DNA of 32,000 nt from Candidatus Saccharimonadota bacterium (GTDB lineage: Bacteria > Patescibacteriota > Gracilibacteria > BD1-5 > UBA2023), in the NCBI GenBank assembly GCA_046350815.1, contig JAXLZO010000001.1:150001-182000 (forward strand). The letters are read 5' to 3'. Below the pieces are notes generated by a model, which saw only the letters and a program-made list of their open reading frames with translations, ran no database searches and was not told the origin of the DNA. The position numbers and the translations under genes are program-made. Shown here in pieces: positions 19,631 through 30,450 of this stretch (position 1 is its first letter; each line of letters begins with the position of its first letter).

Positions 19631-20011
19631 TTATTGAAGTTTCTGGCATTTTTTCCCTCCAGTCGAGGTAAATCACACTAACAACGATCCCTCATCACAT
19701 TTTTGTGCATTCGTCTGAGATTGTGCCTGAAGCGCAAAGAGATCACGAAGCTCATCCATTGTTATGCAGTTCTGTGATTTAGTATTTGGGTCATAACCGA
19801 GTGAGATACTACCAGATCCACACTCTCGGAAAAAACGATCAAAATTATCACGAAATACTCCTCCGCTCTTCTCACCAGATGGTTGAACGGTCGGGAAATC
19901 TCAAGGTGTCAGCAGATAATCATTCGAGAAAGATGCAAAAGCAAGCGCTCATCCGCCGATAGAGAGAGTCATTATGAGCGGAAAAATATACTTTCGAAGG
20001 TTTTGTTTCAT
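19631..20011 (-). CDS. Small secreted four-cysteine protein, 126 aa, three in-frame TGA.
   Basis: The ATG at 20009-20011 is followed by a signal-like MKQNLRKYIFPLIMTLSIGGGALAFA. The mature part is ...FRECGSGSISLGY...QNCITMDELRDLF...QKC...LLVGFTSTGGKKC. I verified this by reverse-complementing every line. The stop is the TAA at 19631-19633, 8 nt upstream of the next ATG. Confidence 0.65.
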
Positions 20012-20128
20012 ATACAGAATTTACTTTTTTCTATTACATCACATATTGTGTAAAAACACGAGAAAATTATATAGACAACTAATGGTTATAATTTTTTATA
20101 CATTAATCTAAATTCTATGGGATAAAAA

Positions 20129-20156
20129 TTGACAGAACAAAAGCAAAAAGTATAGC
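20129..20156 (+). promoter_or_regulatory. Sigma-70-like promoter: TTGACA, 16-nt spacer, TATAGC.
   Basis: An exact -35 hexamer at 20129-20134, a 16-nt spacer, and a -10-like hexamer at 20151-20156. No protein gene lies downstream on this strand. Confidence 0.4.
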
Positions 20157-20159
20157 TTC

Positions 20160-20273
20160 ACAGTTCATCGTGTCTATGTGCTACGGTCAAGCTAGCAACC
20201 GTCCAACGAAGTGCATTGGTCACACTGAGTTGAATACCAATTTTCAACAAAAAACTAGCAATTTGCTAGTTTT
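20160..20273 (+). ncRNA. Candidate small RNA, about 110 nt, unknown family, bounded by a promoter and a terminator.
   Basis: It lies between the promoter at 20129-20156 and the hairpin AACTAGCA-ATT-TGCTAGTT+TTT at 20249-20273. Internal hairpins are ACGG-TCAAGCTAGCAA-CCGT and ATTGGT...ACCAAT. There is no convincing ORF. Confidence 0.3.
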
Positions 20274-20329
20274 AAGCTCTCAACACTCCAGAAAAAATAC
20301 TATCCTTTAAACACTCATATTTAATATAT

Positions 20330-20358
20330 TTGACAAATAAATTATTATATGCAATAAT
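20330..20358 (+). promoter_or_regulatory. Sigma-70-like promoter: TTGACA, 17-nt spacer, AATAAT.
   Basis: An exact -35 hexamer at 20330-20335 and an AT-rich -10-like hexamer at 20353-20358. Confidence 0.4.
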
Positions 20359-20364
20359 ACTCTT

Positions 20365-20467
20365 GTTCTTGCCAAAATGAGGTAAGGATCCAGGTCAGGA
20401 TTGGATTATTCTGCCCTGCACCGCAAGGTGTTTACAACCCCGTCGATTTCATACGATGGGGTTTTTT
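20365..20467 (+). ncRNA. Candidate small RNA, about 100 nt, unknown family, ending in a strong intrinsic terminator.
   Basis: It has a GNRA-capped hairpin CACC-GCAA-GGTG, a hairpin CAGGTCAG...CTGCCCTG, and the terminator CCCCGTCG-ATTTCATA-CGATGGGG+T6 at 20438-20467. It converges on the rnc stop codon. Confidence 0.3.
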
Positions 20468-21199
20468 CTATATTTTCTCTTTCATCCATTCATTCTTTTT
20501 TGAGAGAGCATCTTTTGCAGCCTCTTGCTGAGCCTTTCTCTTGGATGAAGATGAACCCTGTCCAATCACCTTTCCTATTAATACAATATTCATCTCATAA
20601 ATGTGATCATGATCTGGACCAGATTCTGCCGTGAGGACATATTCTGGCAAACAATTGAAATATTGTTGTGTAAGTTCCTGCAAATATGATTTTGGATCAA
20701 TATGACGAGATTCTTCGAGAATCTGAGGAAGTGTTGAGAAAATATGTTTTGATATAAACTCTCTTGTCACATCGATACCTCAAGCAAGATAGAGGCTTGC
20801 TATAAATGCTTCAAGTACATTCGCAAGAATATAGGGATTTTCCCGTCCTTTATTTTTTTCTTCTCAGACTGATACAACAATAGCACTTCCCAGGCCGATA
20901 TTTGCAGCTACGAGAGCAAGATTATTTCCACGCACCAGAGCAGAGCGAAGATCCGTAAGATCTCCTTCATTCTTTTCTGGATAGAGACTGTAGAGATATT
21001 CTGTTGTAATGAGCTCAAGTACCGCATCTCAGAGAAATTCCAACCGTTCATTGGAAGAAGTGAGAAATTCATATTCATTGAGTGCTGAGCGATGAAAAAA
21101 AGCCTGTACGAAGCGTTCACTAGGATAATGAGCAAGTTGCAGTCGAGAGAGAACGTCAGATACTTGGACAAGATGATCAGAAGATGTAAATCGAGACAT
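20468..21199 (-). CDS. rnc: Ribonuclease III, 243 aa, three in-frame TGA.
   Basis: The ATG at 21197-21199 is in frame with track ORF 20468-20770 (dsRBD, ...KRKAQQEAAKDAL). The catalytic signature is NERLEFL-G(TGA 21029-21031)-DAVLEL. Confidence 0.9.
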
Positions 21200-21223
21200 A
21201 AAAAAGAACCAAATTTTGGTTCA
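21200..21223 (-). terminator. Hairpin plus T-tract between nusB and rnc. Possible terminator or attenuator.
   Basis: On the minus strand the sequence reads GAACCAAA-ATTTGGTTC followed by TTTTTT, ending just before the rnc ATG. Confidence 0.4.
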
Positions 21224-21225
21224 TA

Positions 21226-21864
21226 TTAAACATTTTTTTGTGATTGGCGAATGTTTTGTGTGACACTCAGAGAATCAATATCAAATGCTCGTCTCGAAGC
21301 ACGATCAAGCTGTTTTTGTGTTGGTGCTAGAAACGCATCCTCGAGGCGGACGGAAGCAGTCTGTGAAGCATCAGCTTCCAAATTTTCACTATAAATATCA
21401 CGAGATGCTATTTCACCATTGATTGTAATAGCTCTTGATACATCAAGATCAGCACTGATCGAATGAAGCACACCATTTGTAAGACGCTTGTTACTCTCAT
21501 CACAGAAAATCTTCGATAGACCAATACCCTCATTGATACTGATGCGAGTATCTGGACGAAGTTCTGGGGAAAGATAGAGCATCTCATAAGATGCGATATA
21601 TACCGAAAGAAGATTTGCTATGGATAGAAGGGACAAATCAAATTTTGGAGCAAAGTGTGTGATAAGTCGTGAGAGTTCATTGCTCTTCGCACGTATCCCA
21701 TTATACATTTCCAGGAAATAAGCATCCGAGAGAAGAGTAACAAATCGTGGACTATGAAAAAAAGTATGCAAAAAAGTATCGAGAGATGCATCACGATTAA
21801 AAGCGGCGCTGTATAAACATTGAAAGAGTACCTCTCGGCACTCTCGACGAGTAACTTTTGACAT
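21226..21864 (-). CDS. nusB: Transcription antitermination factor NusB with a C-terminal extension of roughly 70 aa.
   Basis: An intact 212-aa ORF. Motifs: RRECREVLFQCLYS at the N-terminus, ...YEMLY..., ISINEGIGLSKIF and FxNGVLH, matching the NusB motif order. Confidence 0.75.
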   Translation of the reverse strand: MSKVTRRECREVLFQCLYSAAFNRDASLDTFLHTFFHSPRFVTLLSDAYFLEMYNGIRAKSNELSRLITHFAPKFDLSLLSIANLLSVYIASYEMLYLSPELRPDTRISINEGIGLSKIFCDESNKRLTNGVLHSISADLDVSRAITINGEIASRDIYSENLEADASQTASVRLEDAFLAPTQKQLDRASRRAFDIDSLSVTQNIRQSQKNV

Positions 21865-21905
21865 ACGGATGGAGAAGGCTATCGTGCCAAAAGGGAATAC
21901 AGAGA

Positions 21906-21932
21906 GAAAAAAAGGGCAAAAGCCCCTTTTGC
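21906..21932 (-). terminator. Intrinsic terminator downstream of rpmF.
   Basis: On the minus strand the sequence reads AAGGGGC-TTTT-GCCCTT followed by a T-run. Confidence 0.55.
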
Positions 21933-21942
21933 AAAAAACAAA

Positions 21943-22176
21943 TTACGCCCGAACGGTACGGATTTTACTTGCTTCAGTCTTTACAGAGATTACATCGCGA
22001 CCTTTGTATTGACCAGTGAGAGGAGATGCAAAATGTGCAAGTCCTGTTGCATTACCATCAGCATCGTATTGGAGAACAATACCATTTGCGATCTTGCGAG
22101 ACTTCTCAAAAAGCCACTTTCCATGACGTTTGCGAGTCTGAACTTTCGATGCTTTTTTCTTTGGTGCGAATGACAT
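21943..22176 (-). CDS. rpmF: 50S ribosomal protein L32 (long form, 77 aa).
   Basis: The internal ATG at 22174-22176 of track ORF 21943-22230 gives MSFAPKKKASKVQTRKRHGKW...GQYKGRDVI, which matches the L32 N-terminal basic motif and the C-terminal GxYxGRxVI. Confidence 0.75.
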   Translation of the reverse strand: MSFAPKKKASKVQTRKRHGKWLFEKSRKIANGIVLQYDADGNATGLAHFASPLTGQYKGRDVISVKTEASKIRTVRA

Positions 22177-22311
22177 ATCGATTTTTTTGAAAACAATGGA
22201 CAGATTATATTGAAAAACCACAAAATGCAAGTATCGAAGAGATTTTTATTCCAAGAGAGAAAATACTGGAAAAAAAAGAAATATGGGTAGTATGGGAGAA
22301 ATATTTGAAGT

Positions 22312-23289
22312 ATGAAAAAAATTATTACCGGTGTGAAGCCAACGGGTGAATCCATGCACCTTGGGAATTTTATGTGAGCCGTTTTTCCGGCCTATCAAGC
22401 ATCAAAATGAACTGACTCAGCAATATTTATCGCTAATCTCCATGCGCTCACCAGTGTTACCAATGGTGATATATTGAGAGAGCAGTCATTTGAACTCGCT
22501 GTTGAGTACTTTGCTATCTATGGACTCGATACGGAGACGAAGATATTCAGACAATCAGATATTCACAACATCACCAAACTCATGTGGATACTCACAAATG
22601 TGACTCCTTATTCTCTCATGCTCCGTGCTCATAGTTTTAAGGACAGCGAAGCAAAGAATGTAGATTTGAACATGGGAGTCTTCAACTACCCTATTCTCAT
22701 GGCAGCTGATATTCTCGGATATGGGATTGAGGCTGTACCTGTAGGTAAAGATCAAGTACAACACCTTGAGATGACTCGCGATATTGCGCGCAATTTCAAT
22801 AAGACTTACAATTGTAACCTTTTTATCGAACCGAAAGCAATCGTGACCGAGTGACTTGCAACACTCCCTGGAATTGATGGAAGAAAGATGAGTAAAAGCT
22901 ATGGTAACTTCATAGGGTTATTTGACGATGAAAAGACGCTCAAAAAGCGAGTTATGTCGATAGTTACAGATTCACTCGGTGTGGATGATATTAAAAATCC
23001 CGATACCTGTAATGTATTTGCACTTATCAATGTATTCGCTACTCCAGAACGACGAGAGGCTATCCGAGCGAAATACCTCACACCGAATGCAGGATACGGA
23101 TATGGTCATGCAAAACTCGAGCTTCTCGAGATCCTCACAGAATATTTGCGACCATACCGTGAAAATCGAGAACAAATCCTCAAAAATCCAGAACTTGTCG
23201 AACAAAAACTCCAACAAGGAGCAAAGATCATGAATGAACGACTCGATGAAATTATGAAGGAAGTGGTGAAATTGACGGGAGTAAAATAA
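22312..23289 (+). CDS. trpS: Tryptophanyl-tRNA synthetase, 325 aa, three in-frame TGA.
   Basis: The ATG at 22312 is in frame with track ORFs 22474-22854 and 22888-23289. Motifs: the HIGH-like KPTGESMHLGNFM-G(TGA 22375-22377)-A, then GKDQVQHLEMTRDIA, then KMSKS. Confidence 0.92.
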
Positions 23290-23291
23290 AT

Positions 23292-23789
23292 ATGAATCAA
23301 TGAATATTTATTTTCGTAATATGTATAGTTCTATTTATTAGTCTGTACCTGTATTTTCGATTTGCAAAAACCTGAAAAAAACAAAAGTATGAACTACGTG
23401 CTGACTTTTTTAACCGATCAGAATTTATATTCTATCAAATAATCAAATCAAAACTACCAAATAATTTCATGATTTTTTCAAAAACACGAATCGAGGATTT
23501 CATCAGAGTAAAAGAAGGATTCTGAGCCAAAGAAACATACGGTCTTCGCTCAAGAATCAAATCAAGACATGTTGATTTTCTTATATGCAATGAAAATGGA
23601 AAGCCTTTAGTTGCTATAGAGATAGACTGACTGTCTCACATGAATCTTGAGCGTCAAAAAAGAGATAGTTTTGTTGATAATCTCTACAATGAAGTCTGAC
23701 TCCCAATACATCATATTCGAGTAGGGGAAAACTTTGAGGAAAGAATTTCTAAAATTATAGAACAGATTGGAACGCAAACACAGAAATAA
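23292..23789 (+). CDS. DUF2726-like (restriction-endonuclease-fold) membrane-anchored protein, 165 aa, five in-frame TGA.
   Basis: Hand translation shows an N-terminal TM segment (IFIFVICIVLFISLYLYF), then ...SEFIFYQ...RHVDFLICNENGKPLVAIEIDG(TGA)LSH...RDSFVDNL, the core pattern of DUF2726. Confidence 0.55.
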
Positions 23790-23813
23790 TCCTCGCAATT
23801 GCGAGGATTATTT
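23784..23813. terminator. Bidirectional terminator between the DUF2726 gene and the last pilus gene.
   Basis: The hairpin is ATAATCCTCGC-AATT-GCGAGGATTAT. It overlaps both stop codons. Confidence 0.65.
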
Positions 23814-24776
23814 ACTGAATACACTGTATTTGAGTCCATCGAGAAGATCCGAGTTATTCTGACAGAATTTATAGAACTGACCTCGTGCATTGTTGCCTCT
23901 TCCCACCTCCGCTGTTGCGTAAATACAAGGTTTTGGTGAAGAAAAAGGAATAGCAGAAGCTGATCCAACGGACGTGGAAGTGAGATTATATTCTATGCTA
24001 TCTGATTGATTATTGAACAGAACAAGAAAAGGCTTTGTATATGTGAATGTCCCACCTGAAAGAAAGTTTGATATGGTATCAGGGCTATCCTTTACATATT
24101 GTTCTCAGATCGTTCCATTGAGGATACGAAGAGCACCTGAAGAAGATGGACCAGCTATCTCTCCCGTACCAGCAAGACCAATAGTTTCAGATCCACTACT
24201 TACAAGAATATTCCATGATAATGCTCATGTGGATGCAGTTGATGCAGATGGAACTGTAAGATTAAGTTTGAAATTCTTTGTAAATGTTGCTGTATCACTT
24301 CAAGACCATGTTTTTAATCAAGAACAAGTAAGCAAAGACGAAGCGCTACCGGTGTCAGTATACAACGGGATAATTTCATATCCACCCCCTGCAATTGTGC
24401 CAGTGTAACTCGTCTCTTGTGATTTCATTTCATATCCTATTTTGAGCGAATGACTCATAATATCAATACTTCCAGAATCACTCCGTAATACCTTGGAAAT
24501 ATCACACGCATCATCTCGTTTAAGAGTGTCTTCAAAACCATGGTCATGATGCTTTTTCTTGAGGAGAGCATACTCGAGAGCTCATTCTGAGCCATATTGG
24601 GTTGCAATACCTGATGAAAGCGTGCGAGTGATTTTGTTTTCCTCGACAAAGAGCCAGAGGAGACTTGCTGTAACCACCGTCAAAAAACCAATGAGAAGCA
24701 CGACAATAATAGCAACAAATCATTGCTTGTCTTCTTGAAGAGAACGCGATCGCGATGAAAAAAAAGATGATGTCAT
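23808..24776 (-). CDS. PilX/GspK-like pseudopilin (no Glu5), 322 aa, six in-frame TGA.
   Basis: I verified the full hand translation line by line and found no TAA/TAG. The N-terminus is ...QEDKQ-G(TGA 24720-24722)-FVAIIVVLLIGFLTVV. It is in a different frame from track ORF 24455-24649. Confidence 0.65.
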
Positions 24777-24777
24777 A

Positions 24778-25458
24778 TTAGTCGGCCTTATACATCTTGG
24801 TGCTAAATATTGTATCAATATGGAGTTTGGTGCTCTCAATAAGTTCCTGGGATATGCCACTTCCAGGACGAGCTTCGAGTGTCATAAGGAGTCGCACCTT
24901 TGGTAGAGTCGATATACCAACATTTATCCCTCCTCAAATACCACCAGCACCACCAACATTCTCCCCCATTTCTTCAAATGTGAGGGATGTGACTCGTACA
25001 CGGTCAGAAGTAAGGCGAATATTCCCGTCAAGTTCAGTTTTCACAAGAGCACAATCAGCTATTCCATCTATAATGCATGGAGCAGATAAATCTTGTATTT
25101 TTGGATAATAACCAAGGGATATTATTGGTGTACCACCTGTGCCAATCAAGAAACCAGAACTCGTTCGATACTTATTTGTAGATGTATCAATATTTGATAC
25201 ATCACCTTCGGCTGTAGTAAACAAAAACCCCTTCTCCCGCACATCCTTCGCAATAGCCTCGGTAATAGCGCGAGCACTTTCCTGCACTTCACGCTGCACC
25301 TCGAGTTTGCGTGAGAGAGTCATAACCTGAGTATATACCTCAAAAGCCGACAGCATCATCAAGCTGAAGATCGATATTGAAATCATGAGCTCGATAAGAG
25401 TAAATCAACCTCGTGAAGAAGCAACTGAAGTATGAGAGCGAGATGAAAAAAGAGACAT
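24778..25458 (-). CDS. Prepilin-type N-terminal cleavage/methylation-domain protein (PilW/GspJ-like minor pilin), 226 aa.
   Basis: The ATG at 25456-25458 is in frame with track ORF 24934-25386. The N-terminus is ...SSRG-G(TGA 25405-25407)-FTLIELMISISIF. Confidence 0.75.
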
Positions 25459-25460
25459 AA

Positions 25461-26057
25461 TTAGCGTTTCCAGTCGGTTATAAGCGTTGAGAGAGTATAT
25501 GTCCTCTTCGGAACTTCTGTTGATACAACAGAAGTAATTTTGAGTGTATCGGGCATAGACAGGCTCCCATCATCAGATCAGATAGTTTCCACCTTAAGAA
25601 CTTTTCGAAATTTCGTAGGAGTTTTGTAGGTAGCACTGTCACAATAGCCATATCGTGGAGTATTTGCTTCACGACAAAGTTTGTTATTATCACTTGGTGT
25701 TTTTTCAGTGACCTTTAGTTTGAATTGATTATGGATTGAATCAAGCTCTTCTTTAAGAAGATAATCTTTTCAACTGAGTAAGTATTCAGATGGCGTCATG
25801 TTTCCGTTACTACCACTCCAAGCTCTCAATGCGACCCAATTCGTATCACGCATATTCTTAACTTCTTCAATATCCGATCGCATCAAATTATAAGCAATAA
25901 TCTCATCTTGACTCGATGCTGAGAGAAAATTCGCTCGTTCGAGCATCATATACGCCCCAACGAGTCCAATACTAAAAACTGCCATCGCAATAATAAGCTC
26001 AATGAGCGTAAATCATTGATTGGATGAGAGAGAAGAACGAGTAGTGGAAAAATACAT
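25461..26057 (-). CDS. Prepilin-type N-terminal cleavage/methylation-domain protein (PilV/GspI-like minor pilin), 198 aa.
   Basis: The ATG at 26055-26057 is in frame with track ORF 25770-25985. The N-terminus is ...SSNQ-G(TGA 26013-26015)-FTLIELIIAMAVF. I checked the downstream part line by line to the TAA at 25461-25463. Confidence 0.75.
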
Positions 26058-26059
26058 AA

Positions 26060-26656
26060 CTATCGAGGAGAGAGGGTAACGGTTTTTGTCAGTGTTGGAT
26101 CATCACCGAGTTGAAGAAGAAGTTTGACATCAGATTGAGAGATTCATCAAGAAAGTGTTTGAGAGCCTGATCCATTCGGTGCCTCAAAGAAGATGTATCA
26201 AGTGGACGTAGAAGAAGTTACAGTGGTTCATCCAATTGCCTTAATACGAATTCTTTGATCCACAAGAGTTATGGGAGAGAGGCTACAACTTGAGAATGAA
26301 GAACTACAGCTTGTATATACCGTTGGAGACGAAGGGCGATATCGAATATAGTTCACCGTTGGAGCCATTATGCCCCCATTTGGATTAATCTCGATCGCCG
26401 TACTTGCTGTTTCTTCAATACTTCAACCTTTAAAGAGAAAACCGTTACTTGCCTCACTCTTCGCCTGAGATACCAGTTGTTCAAACCGTGCGACCTGCGT
26501 ACGAACCCTCTGCTTGTCACTAAAATAATTATAGGGGGCAGCAGCGAATGTTGCAAGAATCGCAATGATAGCAATAACAATCATCATCTCAATGAGCGTA
26601 AAGCCACTTCGAGATGATGAGAGAGCTGATTGGGAACGAGAACCAGAAAAAAACAT
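26060..26656 (-). CDS. Type IV pilin-like protein (possible major pilin or FimT/GspH-like), 198 aa, five in-frame TGA.
   Basis: The ATG at 26654-26656 gives MFFSGSRSQSALSSSRSG/FTLIEMMIVIAIIAILA. I extended it codon by codon through TGAs to the TAG at 26060-26062. Confidence 0.75.
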
Positions 26657-26666
26657 AGAAGAAGAA

Positions 26667-27758
26667 TTACCCACCAACACTCTGAGTGATCTGAATAATA
26701 GCGGCAAATATCGCAATCGCAAACCAAAGTACAAATACAGATGCAAAGATAATAGCAAGCGGTTCAACAAATTTCACCAACATTTGCACGGACATATCCA
26801 CCTCTCGTTTGTACTGAGCACTGGAACGTTCAGCAACTTTATTAATGGTAGATGTTCTCTCACCAGCAGCTACAAGCTGCACAAAGTCACGAGGAAATAT
26901 AGTGTGCTCTGGATCAGCACCCTCGATACTCTCAGCAATACGATCGCCTTGCTCTACCCGCTTTGCAACATCTTCGAGGAGCTCTTCGCTCACCACATTC
27001 TCAGATGCTTCTCCAGTAAGACGGAGCGTACGAACAATAGGAATACCAGAAGACAAAAGGAGTGAAAACATGCCAGTAATTCGCACCATCAAGTAGTTTC
27101 GTAGGAGAACACCAATAACAGGAAATTGAAGGAGAAATTGATCTCTCGCTCGAGCTCATTCATAGCTCGAAAAATACACCTTAAAAAAGACAATAACGGT
27201 AGATCCAATAATAAAAAGTACAAAGAACCAATTCTGAACAAAAGTACTGCAAACAATAAGCATCTTTGTGACAAATGGTAGTGTAGCTCAAGTTGATTCA
27301 AAAAGCGGCATAAGTCGAGGAACAATATAGAGCATCACACCCATCACTGCGATGATGAGTACGACAAATACCATAATTGGATACGTCATTGCACCCTTAA
27401 TCTTGTTCTTGATATCCTGCATTTCACGAAGTTCAACAGCAAGAGAGACGAGAGACCTCTGGAGAGTTCCTGATTGCTCCCCCGCTTCAATGACTGCAAT
27501 TTCACCACGATCAAATATTCGAGGAAGCTTCTTGAGGGCCGTTGAGAGCGGATCACCAGAGCGAACAAATTCGGTAATAGTGACTACTTCTTGTTTGAGT
27601 CGAAGATTGTCAGTTTTATCAGAGAACGATGAGAGTGCCTCGAGAATGGTCACACCACCTTCGACAAGATTCGAAATATGCTCATAGAACAATGCCTTGT
27701 CTTGGGTTTTTATTTTTGTGAGACGAAGTGCTATTGCACTCAAATCAAAGATTGCCAT
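26667..27758 (-). CDS. pilC: Type IV pilus assembly platform protein PilC (GspF family), 363 aa, two in-frame TGA.
   Basis: Track ORFs 27288-27758 and 26667-27092 share a frame, and I checked the gap for stops. The GspF-type repeats are ...EAGEQSGTLQRSL... and ...AAGERTSTINKVAE..., with three TM segments. Confidence 0.85.
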
Positions 27759-27767
27759 AGAAGATAT

Positions 27768-28313
27768 TTATTTTGCATCGAGATAATACACTTCGAGTGC
27801 GAGGCTCAAATCAAATGGACCAGTTCATTCAGGCATAGTGAAGCTCTTGAGAAGAATTCGACGATTTTCACCTTCAGATGCAAGCAAATTATTGATAAGT
27901 TGGCGAAGATCAACCACGCTATTTACATGAAAAGAAACATTCATATTTGCACGAGAGAGGCCACTTGGATCTTGTGCTCAGCGAGACATACTAATATCCT
28001 TGAGCTCTGCTGAGGCACCAACTATGGATCGAATATTAGCAAGGAGTTCATCTTCACGATATGCACCAGCATAACGAGCTACTTGTTTCTTGAAAGCTTC
28101 ATCTTTCAAGCGCTCTTGAAGAGCAGTTAATTCTGCTTTCGTTGCTTTTTTTACCGTTTGAGCTGTTTGAAGTTCATTCTTGGTATTTTGTAGCCCGATA
28201 TACTGTTGAAAGTAATCATACGTCACAAAGAATCAAATCAGAAGAGTGATGAGAAAAAGAAACACTCCAAGTACATCTTGAGAGGAAGCACGATATTTAG
28301 TAGTTTGAGTCAT
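27768..28313 (-). CDS. pilO: PilO-like pilus assembly protein, 181 aa, three in-frame TGA.
   Basis: The ATG at 28311-28313 is followed by a TM segment (VLGVFLFLITLLIGFFV), a coiled coil (NELQTAQTVKKATKAELTALQERLKDE), and a C-terminal alpha/beta part ending ...FDLSLALEVYYL. This is the PilO architecture. Confidence 0.6.
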
Positions 28314-28324
28314 ATTCTTAGAAA

Positions 28325-28945
28325 TTATCGAGTAAGAAATTCAACAGAGAACGATCGAGTTTCATTATTACCAGCAACGCTTGAAATGGGTTGCAATTTG
28401 AGAACACCTGTTGGATTGAGGAGAGTTCCGCTTCCAGATACAGCCGCAAGAGGTGATGCTTGAGTACGGAAAGCAGCAATAAAATCAATCACACGAGTCA
28501 AGGCATCTCCTTCTGGAGTACCGACATTATTTGCCGTGATTACAGTCATCACTCGTCCATCATTATAATTAAATCACTTGGTAGTGACACTATACTGTTT
28601 TTCTAGATCCGACACAAGATCCATAATTCGTACAGGATTGTTATCTGCAATAAGCGTATTGATTTTCTTTTCATTCTTTTCATAGATCATAGCACCTTGT
28701 ACTGTTCGATCTTGCTGAATAAGAGCAATATCAGCATCAAGATTCTGATTGTCCGTTGTTATAGCTGCAATATCTTTTTGTGAAAAAGAGTTCATAAAAT
28801 AGAGACCTACTGTACCAGCAAGCACTAAGACAAAAAGAAGCCCAGAAAAAAAGAGTGTTCGAGAGTAAGAACTATGCGCAGGTACAATTGGTGAAGCTGC
28901 TGCGCGGATAGATTCATCAAGTTTTTGTGATGGTAATACCGTCAT
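28325..28945 (-). CDS. PilN-like bitopic membrane protein, 206 aa, one in-frame TGA.
   Basis: Track ORFs 28574-28945 and 28325-28552 share a frame and are joined by a single TGA. It has a single TM segment (LFFSGLLFVLVLAGTVGLYF) followed by a periplasmic-type domain. It is the first gene of the pilus operon. Confidence 0.45.
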
Positions 28946-29054
28946 AGAGATAAATTTGGAAATATCGGATCTATGATACGATGCTTTTTTGATAAATGCA
29001 ATATTCTCATCTTGTCATCAGTTAATCACTCATTCTAAGATAAAAAGGGGAAAT

Positions 29055-29087
29055 AAAAAAGCATCTCGAGATCATCGAGATGCTTTT

Positions 29088-29089
<2 letters not shown>
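29055..29089. terminator. Intrinsic terminator after thyA.
   Basis: The sequence is AAAAAAGCATCTCGA-GATCA-TCGAGATGCTTTTTT. Confidence 0.7.
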
Positions 29090-30441
<1,352 letters not shown>

Positions 30442-30450
30442 AGAGAAAAA

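Noticed and set aside
20390-20399. CCAGGTCAGG matches the 5' strand of the SRP RNA domain IV motif.
   Set aside because: The expected GGAA-type tetraloop and the 3'-strand AGCAGCC are absent, and the sequence does not fold into the long 4.5S hairpin. I kept it only as an unclassified sRNA candidate.
20401-20634. A 77-aa plus-strand ORF overlapping the 3' end of rnc.
   Set aside because: It is antisense to the RNase III dsRBD and starts inside the candidate sRNA terminator. It has no motifs.
24013-28463. Plus-strand ORFs across the pilus locus (24013-24408, 24797-25108, 26565-27065, 26845-27096, 27352-27687, 27678-28013, 28206-28463) and the off-frame minus-strand ORFs 24455-24649, 25478-25693 and 27089-27325.
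   Set aside because: They are antisense or out of frame relative to the pilin, PilC and PilO genes, which have clear family signatures. None has a motif of its own.
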